Below are positions 39,754 through 48,946 of a stretch of 64,000 nucleotides of DNA, in pieces (the stretch's first letter is position 1; each line of letters starts with the position of its first letter). The translations under genes and the position numbers were made by a program. The stretch lies in NCBI GenBank assembly GCA_965207725.1, contig OZ242290.1, forward strand, positions 861,025 through 925,024. Reading direction: 5' to 3'. The notes under the pieces were generated by a model. It saw only the letters and a program-made list of their open reading frames with translations, was not told the origin of the DNA and ran no database searches. Source of the stretch: Leptonemataceae bacterium. GTDB taxonomy: Bacteria; Spirochaetota; Leptospiria; Leptospirales; Leptonemataceae.

Positions 39754-42277
39754 AGAACAATTAGATCACGAATTACGTGGTTTGCGAGCCAATGAGCGCG
39801 TATTCTGTCTAGATAAAAACCTTTTTCTCGTCTATACTGGTACCAATAGTTCTGATTTACAGCCATTTATTCGCGTGGGTAGCGGTGAAAAAATACATCG
39901 CAATTCAGCGGCATGGATTGGGCATGTAATCCTGTCCGAACAGGATCCAGTCAATCTCGGGCGAGAAATCGAATGGATTGAACATGCGATTGAGAAAGGC
40001 TTTGCGTCAATCAAATATGTAGGCAGTAAAAAACGTCTTGATCAAATTTATAATATCACAGGAATGCCTCAGCTTGAAGATAAGGGGCGCAATGTTCCGA
40101 TCCAAATTTTGCCGTATGGAAAAATTAACGGTGAGAAAGACAAGATACAAGTATATGCGATTCAAGAAAGAGAGAATTTTTCAATACAAATAAATAATAG
40201 AAGAGTCTTTGACTATAATGATCGAGTCAAAAATAAATCTTGGTCAGTTGAAACCGAGTACAAATTGTTTGCAGAAGCATTGCAGAAGATGCCAAGAACC
40301 AAGGCCAGTGACCCACAAGATATAAGTTTTGTCTGGGTTAAAGGAAGAAAATTTGATAAATTGTTGCCGACACTCTATTGGAATTGTCTTGGCAAGGGAT
40401 TTATTTTCGAGCCATCATCTGGCTTTCATCAAGACCTATTTGAATGTCACATTGATCCCACGAATGTAGTCGGATATTCTGCGAGCGATGGATTGACATC
40501 AGGGTTAAATAACGGCCTTTTATATGCTCATCAAGAGCATCAAGAAATATGTGTGAATATCGCCGATGAAAATCAGTTTGTTGGTCTTAAAAAAATATAT
40601 AATTCAGCTAACCTACGGCAAATGACCGCTGGTGTGGCGCTTCCATTTGCCAAAAGCATGTTTTTGAGCAAGTCGAGACGAGGAAACTATAGTGCATTGA
40701 GTTGGCGTTTTTCTGCTCAGAGTGATTACTTTGTGAACGTACTTTTCCCTAGCATGCGAAAATCTGCGAAGAAGCAAATAGAGAATATTCGTGCCCCGTA
40801 TGATGTCGAAATTCAGAAAATTGATACCCATGATGATTTTAAGCTGTCAACCGCAAATCTGCAACTTCAGTATCCCGGAGCAATCGACCAAGAGACCTTT
40901 GAGCTAAAAAAAATTAGGGGAAAAAACTTCCCACTGATTCCGAATACCGAGTATATCTTCCATCAAGCAGAGAATCTTAATGATATTATGGATGTGGCAC
41001 TGCGTTGTTTCCGTGACACAGAGTATTTAAGTAGCCTAACAAAGATCTATCAGTTTCATCAGGTCGCGGAACTCAAGTCTGAGACCGATTATTTGCGTCA
41101 ATCGCTTGAGGAGCTATTGTATATCCACAGATCAATCGAGAATAGTCAGACAACTGAGTTTGTCAATTTGGCTAGTTTTGTTCAAGTGTTAAAATATACG
41201 GTAACTTTTGGTAACTATACCAAAGAGCAGATGTCTCGCTATAATAAATTAGAAAAGACAATATCTTTGACCAAGTATCGCAACAGCGATTTGCTCGGGT
41301 TACAAAGCAAAGAGGTGACTATTCAGATCTTATCTTTTGGCAATAGGGAAAAAAAATCCATATTATTCATCGATAATCTGCAAAAAGATAAACTCCCTTG
41401 GCACTTGCCAAGAGAAATACTGACATCTCGGCAGCAAGAAAAACAATACGGTAAAAAATTGATTTTATGGCAAAAAATTATCGGCAGAAAGAAAGAATAC
41501 GAAGAATACTTACCGATTCTCCAAGTGCTTGAGAAAATGGTCAATCAACAACAATTTTTCAAGGAACAATGGATTGCTTTTCGAAAGTTAGTAGAACGTT
41601 TGGGAACGAGCGTGGTTGGAGAAAGTATTTTTGGTGAGCGGCCCTACTTAAAACAGAGCAAAAAATCTTGGTCAGATTTGGTATCGAACGGTTTTAATCT
41701 AGGTTCTTTGAAAGACGTTCTGATAGACTTAAAAGAGAAAATAATGAACCCTAAGGGCTTGATCATTTTTGCCTTGCTAGCATTGAGTTCTTTTCTTCTG
41801 GTGATAATGGTCAGCAGATACTCACCATCAACTCCAGAATTCATTGGGTTGGTTGACGTTGGTAATTTTCAGGAAAATGAGAATATTCCCGGAGCAGAAG
41901 AGATTGAGATCACTGATGCTGAAATCTTTGAATATGCGAATATTTTGGCTACGCAAAATAATTTTCAATCGTTAGAAGCATCGATAGACAACAATGAAAA
42001 TGCGAAAAGAAATCCGAATTTGATCTTTCCAAGTGACTTATTGAGGTTACCGGATCAACGATTGACACGAGTAAAATCTGGCAGTTATATCTGGGAAATT
42101 GCCCGTAACCAGTATCAACAGGATTTTGCTCGCTTATTATTGCTCGAAAAAGAGATCAGTGAAAATGGCAGCAAAAAAGATATCGAGAAATATATTGCTT
42201 GGGTCAAACGATTAGCTGTTACTAAAAAAATGAAAGAAGTTTTGCTACGATTACAGCCAACTATTGAATCCCTATAG
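39692..42277 (+). CDS. hypothetical bitopic membrane protein, 861 aa: large cytoplasmic N-domain, single TM, periplasmic C-terminal LysM-like domain
   Basis: TM helix GLIIFALLALSSFLLVIMVS at about residue 690. The C-terminal segment FEYANILATQNNFQSLEASIDNNENAKRNPNLIFPSDLLRLP fits the LysM pattern (...L...N.l.nPnlI.pGd.L.lP). The gene overlaps the upstream gene by about 60 nt, suggesting translational coupling. Confidence 0.55.
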   Translation: MMIDSRLEILILDMLRKKEIREQLDHELRGLRANERVFCLDKNLFLVYTGTNSSDLQPFIRVGSGEKIHRNSAAWIGHVILSEQDPVNLGREIEWIEHAIEKGFASIKYVGSKKRLDQIYNITGMPQLEDKGRNVPIQILPYGKINGEKDKIQVYAIQERENFSIQINNRRVFDYNDRVKNKSWSVETEYKLFAEALQKMPRTKASDPQDISFVWVKGRKFDKLLPTLYWNCLGKGFIFEPSSGFHQDLFECHIDPTNVVGYSASDGLTSGLNNGLLYAHQEHQEICVNIADENQFVGLKKIYNSANLRQMTAGVALPFAKSMFLSKSRRGNYSALSWRFSAQSDYFVNVLFPSMRKSAKKQIENIRAPYDVEIQKIDTHDDFKLSTANLQLQYPGAIDQETFELKKIRGKNFPLIPNTEYIFHQAENLNDIMDVALRCFRDTEYLSSLTKIYQFHQVAELKSETDYLRQSLEELLYIHRSIENSQTTEFVNLASFVQVLKYTVTFGNYTKEQMSRYNKLEKTISLTKYRNSDLLGLQSKEVTIQILSFGNREKKSILFIDNLQKDKLPWHLPREILTSRQQEKQYGKKLILWQKIIGRKKEYEEYLPILQVLEKMVNQQQFFKEQWIAFRKLVERLGTSVVGESIFGERPYLKQSKKSWSDLVSNGFNLGSLKDVLIDLKEKIMNPKGLIIFALLALSSFLLVIMVSRYSPSTPEFIGLVDVGNFQENENIPGAEEIEITDAEIFEYANILATQNNFQSLEASIDNNENAKRNPNLIFPSDLLRLPDQRLTRVKSGSYIWEIARNQYQQDFARLLLLEKEISENGSKKDIEKYIAWVKRLAVTKKMKEVLLRLQPTIESL

Positions 42278-42405
42278 GTTTTTCAGATACAGCAACCACA
42301 AATATGTGATATCTGCTGATTGTAAGTGAACTGTTTTTACTTGCGTTATTGCAAGAAAAGAGGCTGAGAATAATTTTATTGGAGCAAATGAATGATATTC
42401 ACAAA

Positions 42406-42816
42406 TTATTTGTCCAGATTTTTCTTGTGTATTTCTTTGTCAGACTTGGTTGCAAGGAGGGTAAGAATATCACCGATGAATTTATGATGCTCATTCAAGA
42501 TCATTTCTAGCTGTTTTTTTTTATCCACTTCAATAAGAGTTTTTACTAGTTTTCCTAGATTTTTGCGGATACTGGCATCTAAATAAATTGGATCATCATC
42601 AATTTTATTATCGGCCTCCGAGGTTTGCTGAATACTACCCAGTAATTGTTCAATAGATCGCTTGCGAGCACCTTTACCAAGATTACTGATTTGTTGACTC
42701 AATGATTCTGGATTTTGCGAATCTTTGTTGCTCAAATTTTCTTTGGGCATTTTTGGCCTCTGTTCCCTCATCTCGGTGATCAATGATTTCAAGCTATCTG
42801 CGTTCAGATTGTCCAT
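42406..42816 (-). CDS. hypothetical small charged protein (136 aa)
   Basis: ORF only, no motifs. It lies antisense between the cluster and the GGDEF gene. Confidence 0.35.
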   Translation of the reverse strand: MDNLNADSLKSLITEMREQRPKMPKENLSNKDSQNPESLSQQISNLGKGARKRSIEQLLGSIQQTSEADNKIDDDPIYLDASIRKNLGKLVKTLIEVDKKKQLEMILNEHHKFIGDILTLLATKSDKEIHKKNLDK

Positions 42817-42972
42817 GATGATTATTCTGATTTACTTTCTTTCAGGCGGGGAAAAATGTCAATCAACAAATAGTTCTTCATTGTTTGCCTCCTGAAAAGA
42901 ATATTGATGATTTCTATTAGGATTTAATATTTTATACTTGTTCTAGAAATAAATAGTTGTTTTTTTGGAAAC

Positions 42973-44073
42973 ATGAGTGCAGAAAGTACAGTATCACTGT
43001 TGAAAAAAGAGAATCAGAGATTAAAAGCACAACATAAGAGAATGCTCAAGATCATAAATCTGAGTGGGTCATTGACGAGCACTCATCACATTGACGTTAT
43101 TTTAGATGCTGTCTTGGAAAAAACCCAAGAGATCTGTGAAGCGGAGGCAAGTAGTCTTTGGATGGTCGACGAAGATAGGGGGGATATCTATCTGTATATG
43201 ACGGGGGAACAAAATGAATTCGCAAAAGTCTTGCAGACGACCCGTCTAAAAAAAGGACAGGGAATTTGTGGTTGGGTCGTGCAAAAAAATAAACCGGTCC
43301 TCGTTGCTGATTGCCAGTCCGATTCGCGATTTCAAGGAGAGATCGATAAAAAGACAAAATTCATTAGTCGAACAATGATTTGTGTCCCATTGGTTGTTAG
43401 AGAAAATGTGATTGGTGCCTTGCAAATACTCAACAAAAAAAAGAATAAGACATTTGATAAAACCGATCTAACGATTACGACGATTTTAGGTCATCAGGTA
43501 GCAATTGCCGTCCAAAATGCTCGTCTGAACCATTCGGTAACCGTCGATGCAGATACGAATCTTTATCGGCGAGCTTATTTTCGAGAAGTTTTAAATGCAG
43601 AATTTAATATAGCGAAAAAGAAGATGCAAAATCTTGCAGTCCTTATGTGTGACATTGATCATTTTAAAAAAGTCAATGATACGTACGGTCATCAATCGGG
43701 CGATATCGCTATCTTGCATTTGTCGAATATTTTGCACCAGACTCTTCATAAATTGGGGAGTCGAGATATTGCTGGTCGATACGGAGGTGAGGAGTTTTGT
43801 GCTTTACTGATTGGATATTCATTGGAGACAGTGAAGGATATTGCGGAAAATTTACGGATTCAAATTGAACAATCGCAAATCCCTTTGAATAATGGAAAAA
43901 CGATTCAGATTACTGCATCAATTGGCATTGCACATTTTCCTGTCCATCAAGAGTATTTGACTTCTGCTGATGATTTTATTGCCCTTGCCGATGAAGCCTT
44001 ATTCCTCTGCAAAAGTAAAGGGAGAAATTGTATTTCCTCTTTCAATGCGCAACAGACAAAAGTTCTTAAATAA
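42973..44073 (+). CDS. GAF-GGDEF diguanylate cyclase
   Basis: N-terminal GAF domain (about 170 aa), then a GGDEF domain with an intact active site RYGGEEF and the DxFK/VND motifs (DIDHFKKVNDTYGH). Confidence 0.85.
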   Translation: MSAESTVSLLKKENQRLKAQHKRMLKIINLSGSLTSTHHIDVILDAVLEKTQEICEAEASSLWMVDEDRGDIYLYMTGEQNEFAKVLQTTRLKKGQGICGWVVQKNKPVLVADCQSDSRFQGEIDKKTKFISRTMICVPLVVRENVIGALQILNKKKNKTFDKTDLTITTILGHQVAIAVQNARLNHSVTVDADTNLYRRAYFREVLNAEFNIAKKKMQNLAVLMCDIDHFKKVNDTYGHQSGDIAILHLSNILHQTLHKLGSRDIAGRYGGEEFCALLIGYSLETVKDIAENLRIQIEQSQIPLNNGKTIQITASIGIAHFPVHQEYLTSADDFIALADEALFLCKSKGRNCISSFNAQQTKVLK

Positions 44074-44270
44074 TATTTTTGATAGAAAAACTCTTGACAA
44101 GTTAACGTTTATCAGTAGAGTCGATCTTTGTGTGTTTTATCAGTTTACTCCGATAGTTAAATTTATAAGCTCGGTGGCTTTATGAAAAAAAATGGTTTTC
44201 AAAGAAAAGTGAAAATTCATTATGGAGTTGAACTCAAAGAAACTACTGAAAATGAGATGAGAAAAATATA

Positions 44271-46901
44271 ATGATTGTTCATGAATTTAGCCAAGAGGGA
44301 TGCACTCAAGACAAAGATATCTGGCGGCGGTGTGGTAGTCGTGGCAGAAGTGTATTTGAATTAGCTTCTTCGAAACTTCCTATTGTACCGGGATTTATTA
44401 TTGATGCGAGGACATGTGCAAAATTGAGTGAATATGATGATTTGGATTTTATATGGGCAAATGTTGATAGAATTGGCAAAAGATTGGGCCGACGCTTTGG
44501 TGATGTCTCCAACCCATTGCTCTTAAAACTAGTCTGTAGTTCAAACTTGCTGATGTCTGCTCATCCATCGGTGTTTAATGTGGGGCTCTCGCCAACCACT
44601 TTGCCAGGATTAACTAAATTAATGGATGCTGATGAAGATAAGTCTTGGTTTGAGTACTGTTATCTTTTGCAAACGAGCGGAGAAAAGGTATATAATATTG
44701 ATCCTCAAGAATTTGAACAAATTTCGAATCAGTATACCGGAGTACTCGAAAGTAGGATGGAGATCGTTGCAAAAATGCGAAAGCTGGTAGATGAAGAAAA
44801 ATTGGCAGATGATCCGTATAAACAATTGGAGACATTAATCAAGAATTTAGCAAAGAATTATTATGATCCTGATCTTGATATGGATGATAATGTCGCAATT
44901 TTGGTGCAAGGAATGGTCTTCGCTAATATGGATAGTCAGTCGATCGTAGGACATTACTGTAATCGCGATATCGTTACTGGTAAAAAAAAGCCAAGTGGTG
45001 AATTTGCGAGAAATCAATATACGCTGTTCAAGGGAACCGGTGAAAATATTGAAAATTTAGAAGTTAAATACCTAGATACTTTGCAAAAAATTGGAGATTT
45101 GGTTGAGAGAAAGTTCAAAGACATCTATGAGATCAAATTTATCGTCGAATCTGGAATATTATGGCTGCTTAGTCAAACTCGACAAGAAAAAAAATCAACC
45201 CAAGCTCATCTTCGCATCTTGTTAGATCTTTACCGTGATGGTGCAATAACTGATAAATGGTTGATCCAAGAAGTCAACCCAAGTTACTTAGCGAGTTTAT
45301 TGTATCCCATTATTGATCCGCTCACTTTAGGTAATTTAGCAAAAACGGAAGGAGGTCTTTCTGGATCACCGGGTGCTGCCGTTGGCAGAGTATTCTTTGA
45401 TGCAGAGCGATTAATGGATGTTTATCGTGAATCGATACAAAAAGGTGAAGATACTCGATTAATTTTATGTGTTAAATCAAGTTTTGCCGAGGATGTAAAA
45501 GCAATTGAAATCGGGCAAGGGGTTATTGCAGTTGAGGGTGGATATTCTTCTCATGCTCCTGTGGTGGCACGCTCAATGGGTAAAGTCGCGATGGTTAATC
45601 CAGAAATAAAAATTGATGGCAAATCCTTTGAACTCAATGGGCAAATAGTAAAAGAAGGTGATTATATTACTTTAGATGTACCAATCTACAAAAAACCCAC
45701 GATATATTTTGGTGAAGCAGGGCTCATCAGTCCTGACATTGAGAAAAATGGCCTCTTAGAGCTAACTGAAATTTCCAAGAAATTTATAAAAGATGATTTT
45801 GTTGTGCGAGCTAATGCAGACTTACCTCGTGATGCAAAACTTTCCAAAAAAATGGGAGCTTTTGGGATTGGGCTGTGCCGGACTGAGCATATGTTTTTTT
45901 CCGAAGATCGAATTCAATTTTTTCGCCAAATGATCTTGTCCGAGAATACAGAACAAAGGATTGACTTTTTAAAAAAACTAGAAGCGATACAGATTCAAGA
46001 TTTTTACGAACTCTTTAAAATATCCCATCCAGATCGGGTGACAATCCGTCTCTTGGATGCGCCATTACATGAATTTCTGCCCCGCAATGATCAAGTTCTT
46101 AAAGAGTACCTAGATCATTTAAAAAAACAGGATTTAGAAGTAGATGCAGAGCAGATTAAACAGAGAATTGAGCACCTGTCGGAATTTAATCCGATGTTAG
46201 GACATCGGGGTTGTCGAGTTGGTGTAACCTATCCTGAGATTTATGAAATGCAAGTACGAGCGATCTTTATTGCGGCGTGTCGCTTGAAGGCAGAAAAAAT
46301 GAATGTTGTCCCCGAAATTTTGGTTCCGATCATTATGAATAGTCATGAGATGAGAATGATCCGCAATGGTAAAAAAATCACTGGCAAAGTTGTCAAAGGG
46401 ATTACTCAAATCAGCGAGGAAATATTTGAAAAGGAAAATCAATCGGTCGAATATCTTGTCGGCTCAATGGTCGAACTTCCTGCTGCGGCGCTCGCCTCTG
46501 ATGAGATCGCAAAATATGCCGATTTCATTAGTTATGGAACCAATGATCTAACTCAAACAACTTTTGGCCTTTCTCGAGATGATGCAAATTCCTTTTTTCC
46601 AGATTATACTGAATATGATTTATTATCAGATAATCCTTTTAGAGTTTTAGGGTCACAAGTGAAAGAATTGATTGATATTAGTGTAATGCGAGCACGCTTG
46701 ACTAGACCGGATATTAAAATTGGTCTTTGTGGCGAGCATGGAGCCGATCCAGAGAATATACTATTCTGCTATAATATAGGTTTGAATTATGTGTCATGTT
46801 CAGCATACAGTGTGCCAATTGCTTTGTTAACAATTTCACAATTAAATATCAAATTGGAAGAAGCAAAGGCTGGAGAGCAACAGCGACCATTGGTAGCTTG
46901 A
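44271..46901 (+). CDS. ppdK: pyruvate, phosphate dikinase
   Basis: 876 aa. Phospho-histidine region GGYSSHAPVVARSMGKVAMV, a PEP-utilising TIM-barrel region (GLCRTEHMFF, LCGEHGADPENI), and an N-terminal ATP-grasp domain. Confidence 0.9.
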   Translation: MIVHEFSQEGCTQDKDIWRRCGSRGRSVFELASSKLPIVPGFIIDARTCAKLSEYDDLDFIWANVDRIGKRLGRRFGDVSNPLLLKLVCSSNLLMSAHPSVFNVGLSPTTLPGLTKLMDADEDKSWFEYCYLLQTSGEKVYNIDPQEFEQISNQYTGVLESRMEIVAKMRKLVDEEKLADDPYKQLETLIKNLAKNYYDPDLDMDDNVAILVQGMVFANMDSQSIVGHYCNRDIVTGKKKPSGEFARNQYTLFKGTGENIENLEVKYLDTLQKIGDLVERKFKDIYEIKFIVESGILWLLSQTRQEKKSTQAHLRILLDLYRDGAITDKWLIQEVNPSYLASLLYPIIDPLTLGNLAKTEGGLSGSPGAAVGRVFFDAERLMDVYRESIQKGEDTRLILCVKSSFAEDVKAIEIGQGVIAVEGGYSSHAPVVARSMGKVAMVNPEIKIDGKSFELNGQIVKEGDYITLDVPIYKKPTIYFGEAGLISPDIEKNGLLELTEISKKFIKDDFVVRANADLPRDAKLSKKMGAFGIGLCRTEHMFFSEDRIQFFRQMILSENTEQRIDFLKKLEAIQIQDFYELFKISHPDRVTIRLLDAPLHEFLPRNDQVLKEYLDHLKKQDLEVDAEQIKQRIEHLSEFNPMLGHRGCRVGVTYPEIYEMQVRAIFIAACRLKAEKMNVVPEILVPIIMNSHEMRMIRNGKKITGKVVKGITQISEEIFEKENQSVEYLVGSMVELPAAALASDEIAKYADFISYGTNDLTQTTFGLSRDDANSFFPDYTEYDLLSDNPFRVLGSQVKELIDISVMRARLTRPDIKIGLCGEHGADPENILFCYNIGLNYVSCSAYSVPIALLTISQLNIKLEEAKAGEQQRPLVA

Positions 46902-46929
46902 CGACTCGGTCGTTATTCCTTTGATATAA

Positions 46930-48021
46930 ATGGGATTATCTTGTGCCATTGTTGGTTTACCGAATGTGGGTAAATCAACAATTTTTAATGCGATCACCGA
47001 TGCGGGTGCCGAAGTAGCTAATTATCCATTTTGTACAATTAAGCCCAATAGAGGCAGAATTTCCGTCCCCGACAAACGATTGGATCAACTTGCCGAACTT
47101 GTGAAACCTGAAAGAACAATCCCAGCATGGACAGAATATGTGGATGTTGCGGGATTAGTCAAAGGAGCCAATCAAGGAGAAGGTTTGGGCAATAAATTTT
47201 TAGGACATATTCGGGAATGTCAGGCAATTCTTCATGTCGTTCGATGTTTTGACGATGATAGTTTAATACATGTCAGCGGAAAAGTTAATCCATTGGAAGA
47301 TGTTCAGTTGATTGAGTATGAATTATTAATTGCCGACAAGCAGTTTATGGAAAAACAACTGAACGCAATCAAAAAAAAAAGAACGATCGCTGAAAAAGAA
47401 AGAAAATTTCAGTTGTCCTGTTTGACAAAAGTAATTGATCAGTTAGCGCAAGGTATTCCCGTGCGTAATTGTGAATTAGCTGATGATGAGCATGTTTGGC
47501 TCAAGAAAGAATATCAACTTCTATCGAATCTGCCTATTCTTTTTGTCTGCAATGTAAGAGAGGAAAGTCAGAAAAATGCCTATACTGATTTGATTTTTGA
47601 ATACGCGAAAAATCATAATAATCAGGCAATTATTCTTGCCGGACAATCTGCTGCACAGATCAGCAAGCTCAGAGGAGATGAACAAAGTGAGTATTTATCT
47701 CTGATGAATATGAAAGAGAGTGCATTGGATACCGTTGTGCGAGCGACGTTTCATTTACTGGAACAACAAGTTTTTTTTACGGTCGGTGAAATGGAGGTAA
47801 AAGCATGGAATCTGCGTCAAGGGGAATATGCGATTGATGCTGCGGCTACAATTCACACCGATATTCAGCGAGGATTCATTCGTGCGGAAACTGTTAGCTG
47901 CCAAGATTTTATTAGTTGCGGTTCTTGGACGCAAGCTAAAAAAGAGGGGAAAGTTCGTCTTGAAGGTCGAGATTATAAAATGTGTGACGGGGATATTGTA
48001 TATTTTCGCTTCAACGTGTAG
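46930..48021 (+). CDS. ychF: ribosome-binding ATPase YchF
   Basis: MGLSCAIVGLPNVGKSTIFNAIT (G1/Walker A), NYPFCTI, and a TGS C-terminal domain; 363 aa. Confidence 0.9.
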   Translation: MGLSCAIVGLPNVGKSTIFNAITDAGAEVANYPFCTIKPNRGRISVPDKRLDQLAELVKPERTIPAWTEYVDVAGLVKGANQGEGLGNKFLGHIRECQAILHVVRCFDDDSLIHVSGKVNPLEDVQLIEYELLIADKQFMEKQLNAIKKKRTIAEKERKFQLSCLTKVIDQLAQGIPVRNCELADDEHVWLKKEYQLLSNLPILFVCNVREESQKNAYTDLIFEYAKNHNNQAIILAGQSAAQISKLRGDEQSEYLSLMNMKESALDTVVRATFHLLEQQVFFTVGEMEVKAWNLRQGEYAIDAAATIHTDIQRGFIRAETVSCQDFISCGSWTQAKKEGKVRLEGRDYKMCDGDIVYFRFNV

Positions 48022-48092
48022 CCCCTGTAGCTCAGTGGATAGAGCACTGGCCTCCGGAGCCAGGTGCGGTGGTTCGATTCCACCCAGGGGTA
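48021..48092 (+). tRNA. tRNA-Arg (anticodon CCG)
   Basis: Cloverleaf folded by hand: acceptor stem GCCCCTG/CAGGGGT, D-arm GCTC-AGTGGATA-GAGC, anticodon stem CTGGC/GCCAG with loop CTCCGGA, T-arm GGTGG-TTCGATT-CCACC. The first base lies within the ychF stop codon. CCA is not encoded. Confidence 0.85.
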
Positions 48093-48116
48093 ATTTTTTT
48101 TCGTGTTTTTTAGTAG

Positions 48117-48941
48117 TTAGATTCTCTTATTTTTTTTACCGAATAGGATTTTATCATTGAGATATTTCTTAATAAGAATGAGACTAAAATAATCACAGCG
48201 ATCACTGAGCGCATCGGGGAGATATCGGATGACTTGCTCACCTTCCAGCATCGTCGCACGACGAATATAAATCGCTCGATCTAGAAATTTCTCTTTGGTT
48301 AAAATCTTTATAATCTCAGGTAAAACACGTGACACTTTGAGTAACAGGATCGTATCAAATAATTGAAGGATCTGTGCTAAACTCTGCAAACCGTAACTTG
48401 CTGGTATAATTGCCATTTTCTCTTGTCCGTCAACCAAGGGGATTTTTGCAACTGCAGCACCAGCGGTAATGCTAGAGATGGCAGGAACTATTTCAATGTT
48501 TCTGTCAGGAAATTTTTCTGATATTTTCTCAAATATGTAATTAAAAGTACTATAAAACAGAGGATCTCCCTGAGTAATAAAGGCTGACTTTTCGTTTCTG
48601 CCCAAGGCCTGTTCAAATTGATCAATGATTTTCTGCCAAGCTGGAATAATGATTTGCGGATCTTTAGTCATGGGAAAGAACAATTCAGTTTTTTTTTGTC
48701 GGCTATTGTCTAAGTATTTGTGCACAGTTCTCCAAGCAACCGAGGGTACATACTGAGAACTACGTGGAATAAATAAATGGTCGACTGAGCGGAGAATCGA
48801 TAGTGCGCGGATTGTAATTAACTCAGGAGCACCGCTACCAACACCAATACCATACAGATCTGCGAGCTTGCTTCGTTCAATTTCATCTACAACGATTGGT
48901 TGATCAAAGTGAGTAGGCTTTTTCATTTTCTGATTCTGCAT
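48117..48941 (-). CDS. tetrapyrrole (corrin) methyltransferase, CbiL/CobI-like (precorrin-2/cobalt-factor II C20-methyltransferase)
   Basis: The LYGIGVGSGAPELITIRALSILRSVDHLFIP opening and overall layout match the CbiL/CobI family of TP_methylase proteins. It sits next to cobL and cbiC. Confidence 0.65.
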   Translation of the reverse strand: MQNQKMKKPTHFDQPIVVDEIERSKLADLYGIGVGSGAPELITIRALSILRSVDHLFIPRSSQYVPSVAWRTVHKYLDNSRQKKTELFFPMTKDPQIIIPAWQKIIDQFEQALGRNEKSAFITQGDPLFYSTFNYIFEKISEKFPDRNIEIVPAISSITAGAAVAKIPLVDGQEKMAIIPASYGLQSLAQILQLFDTILLLKVSRVLPEIIKILTKEKFLDRAIYIRRATMLEGEQVIRYLPDALSDRCDYFSLILIKKYLNDKILFGKKNKRI

Positions 48942-48946
48942 TTTGC

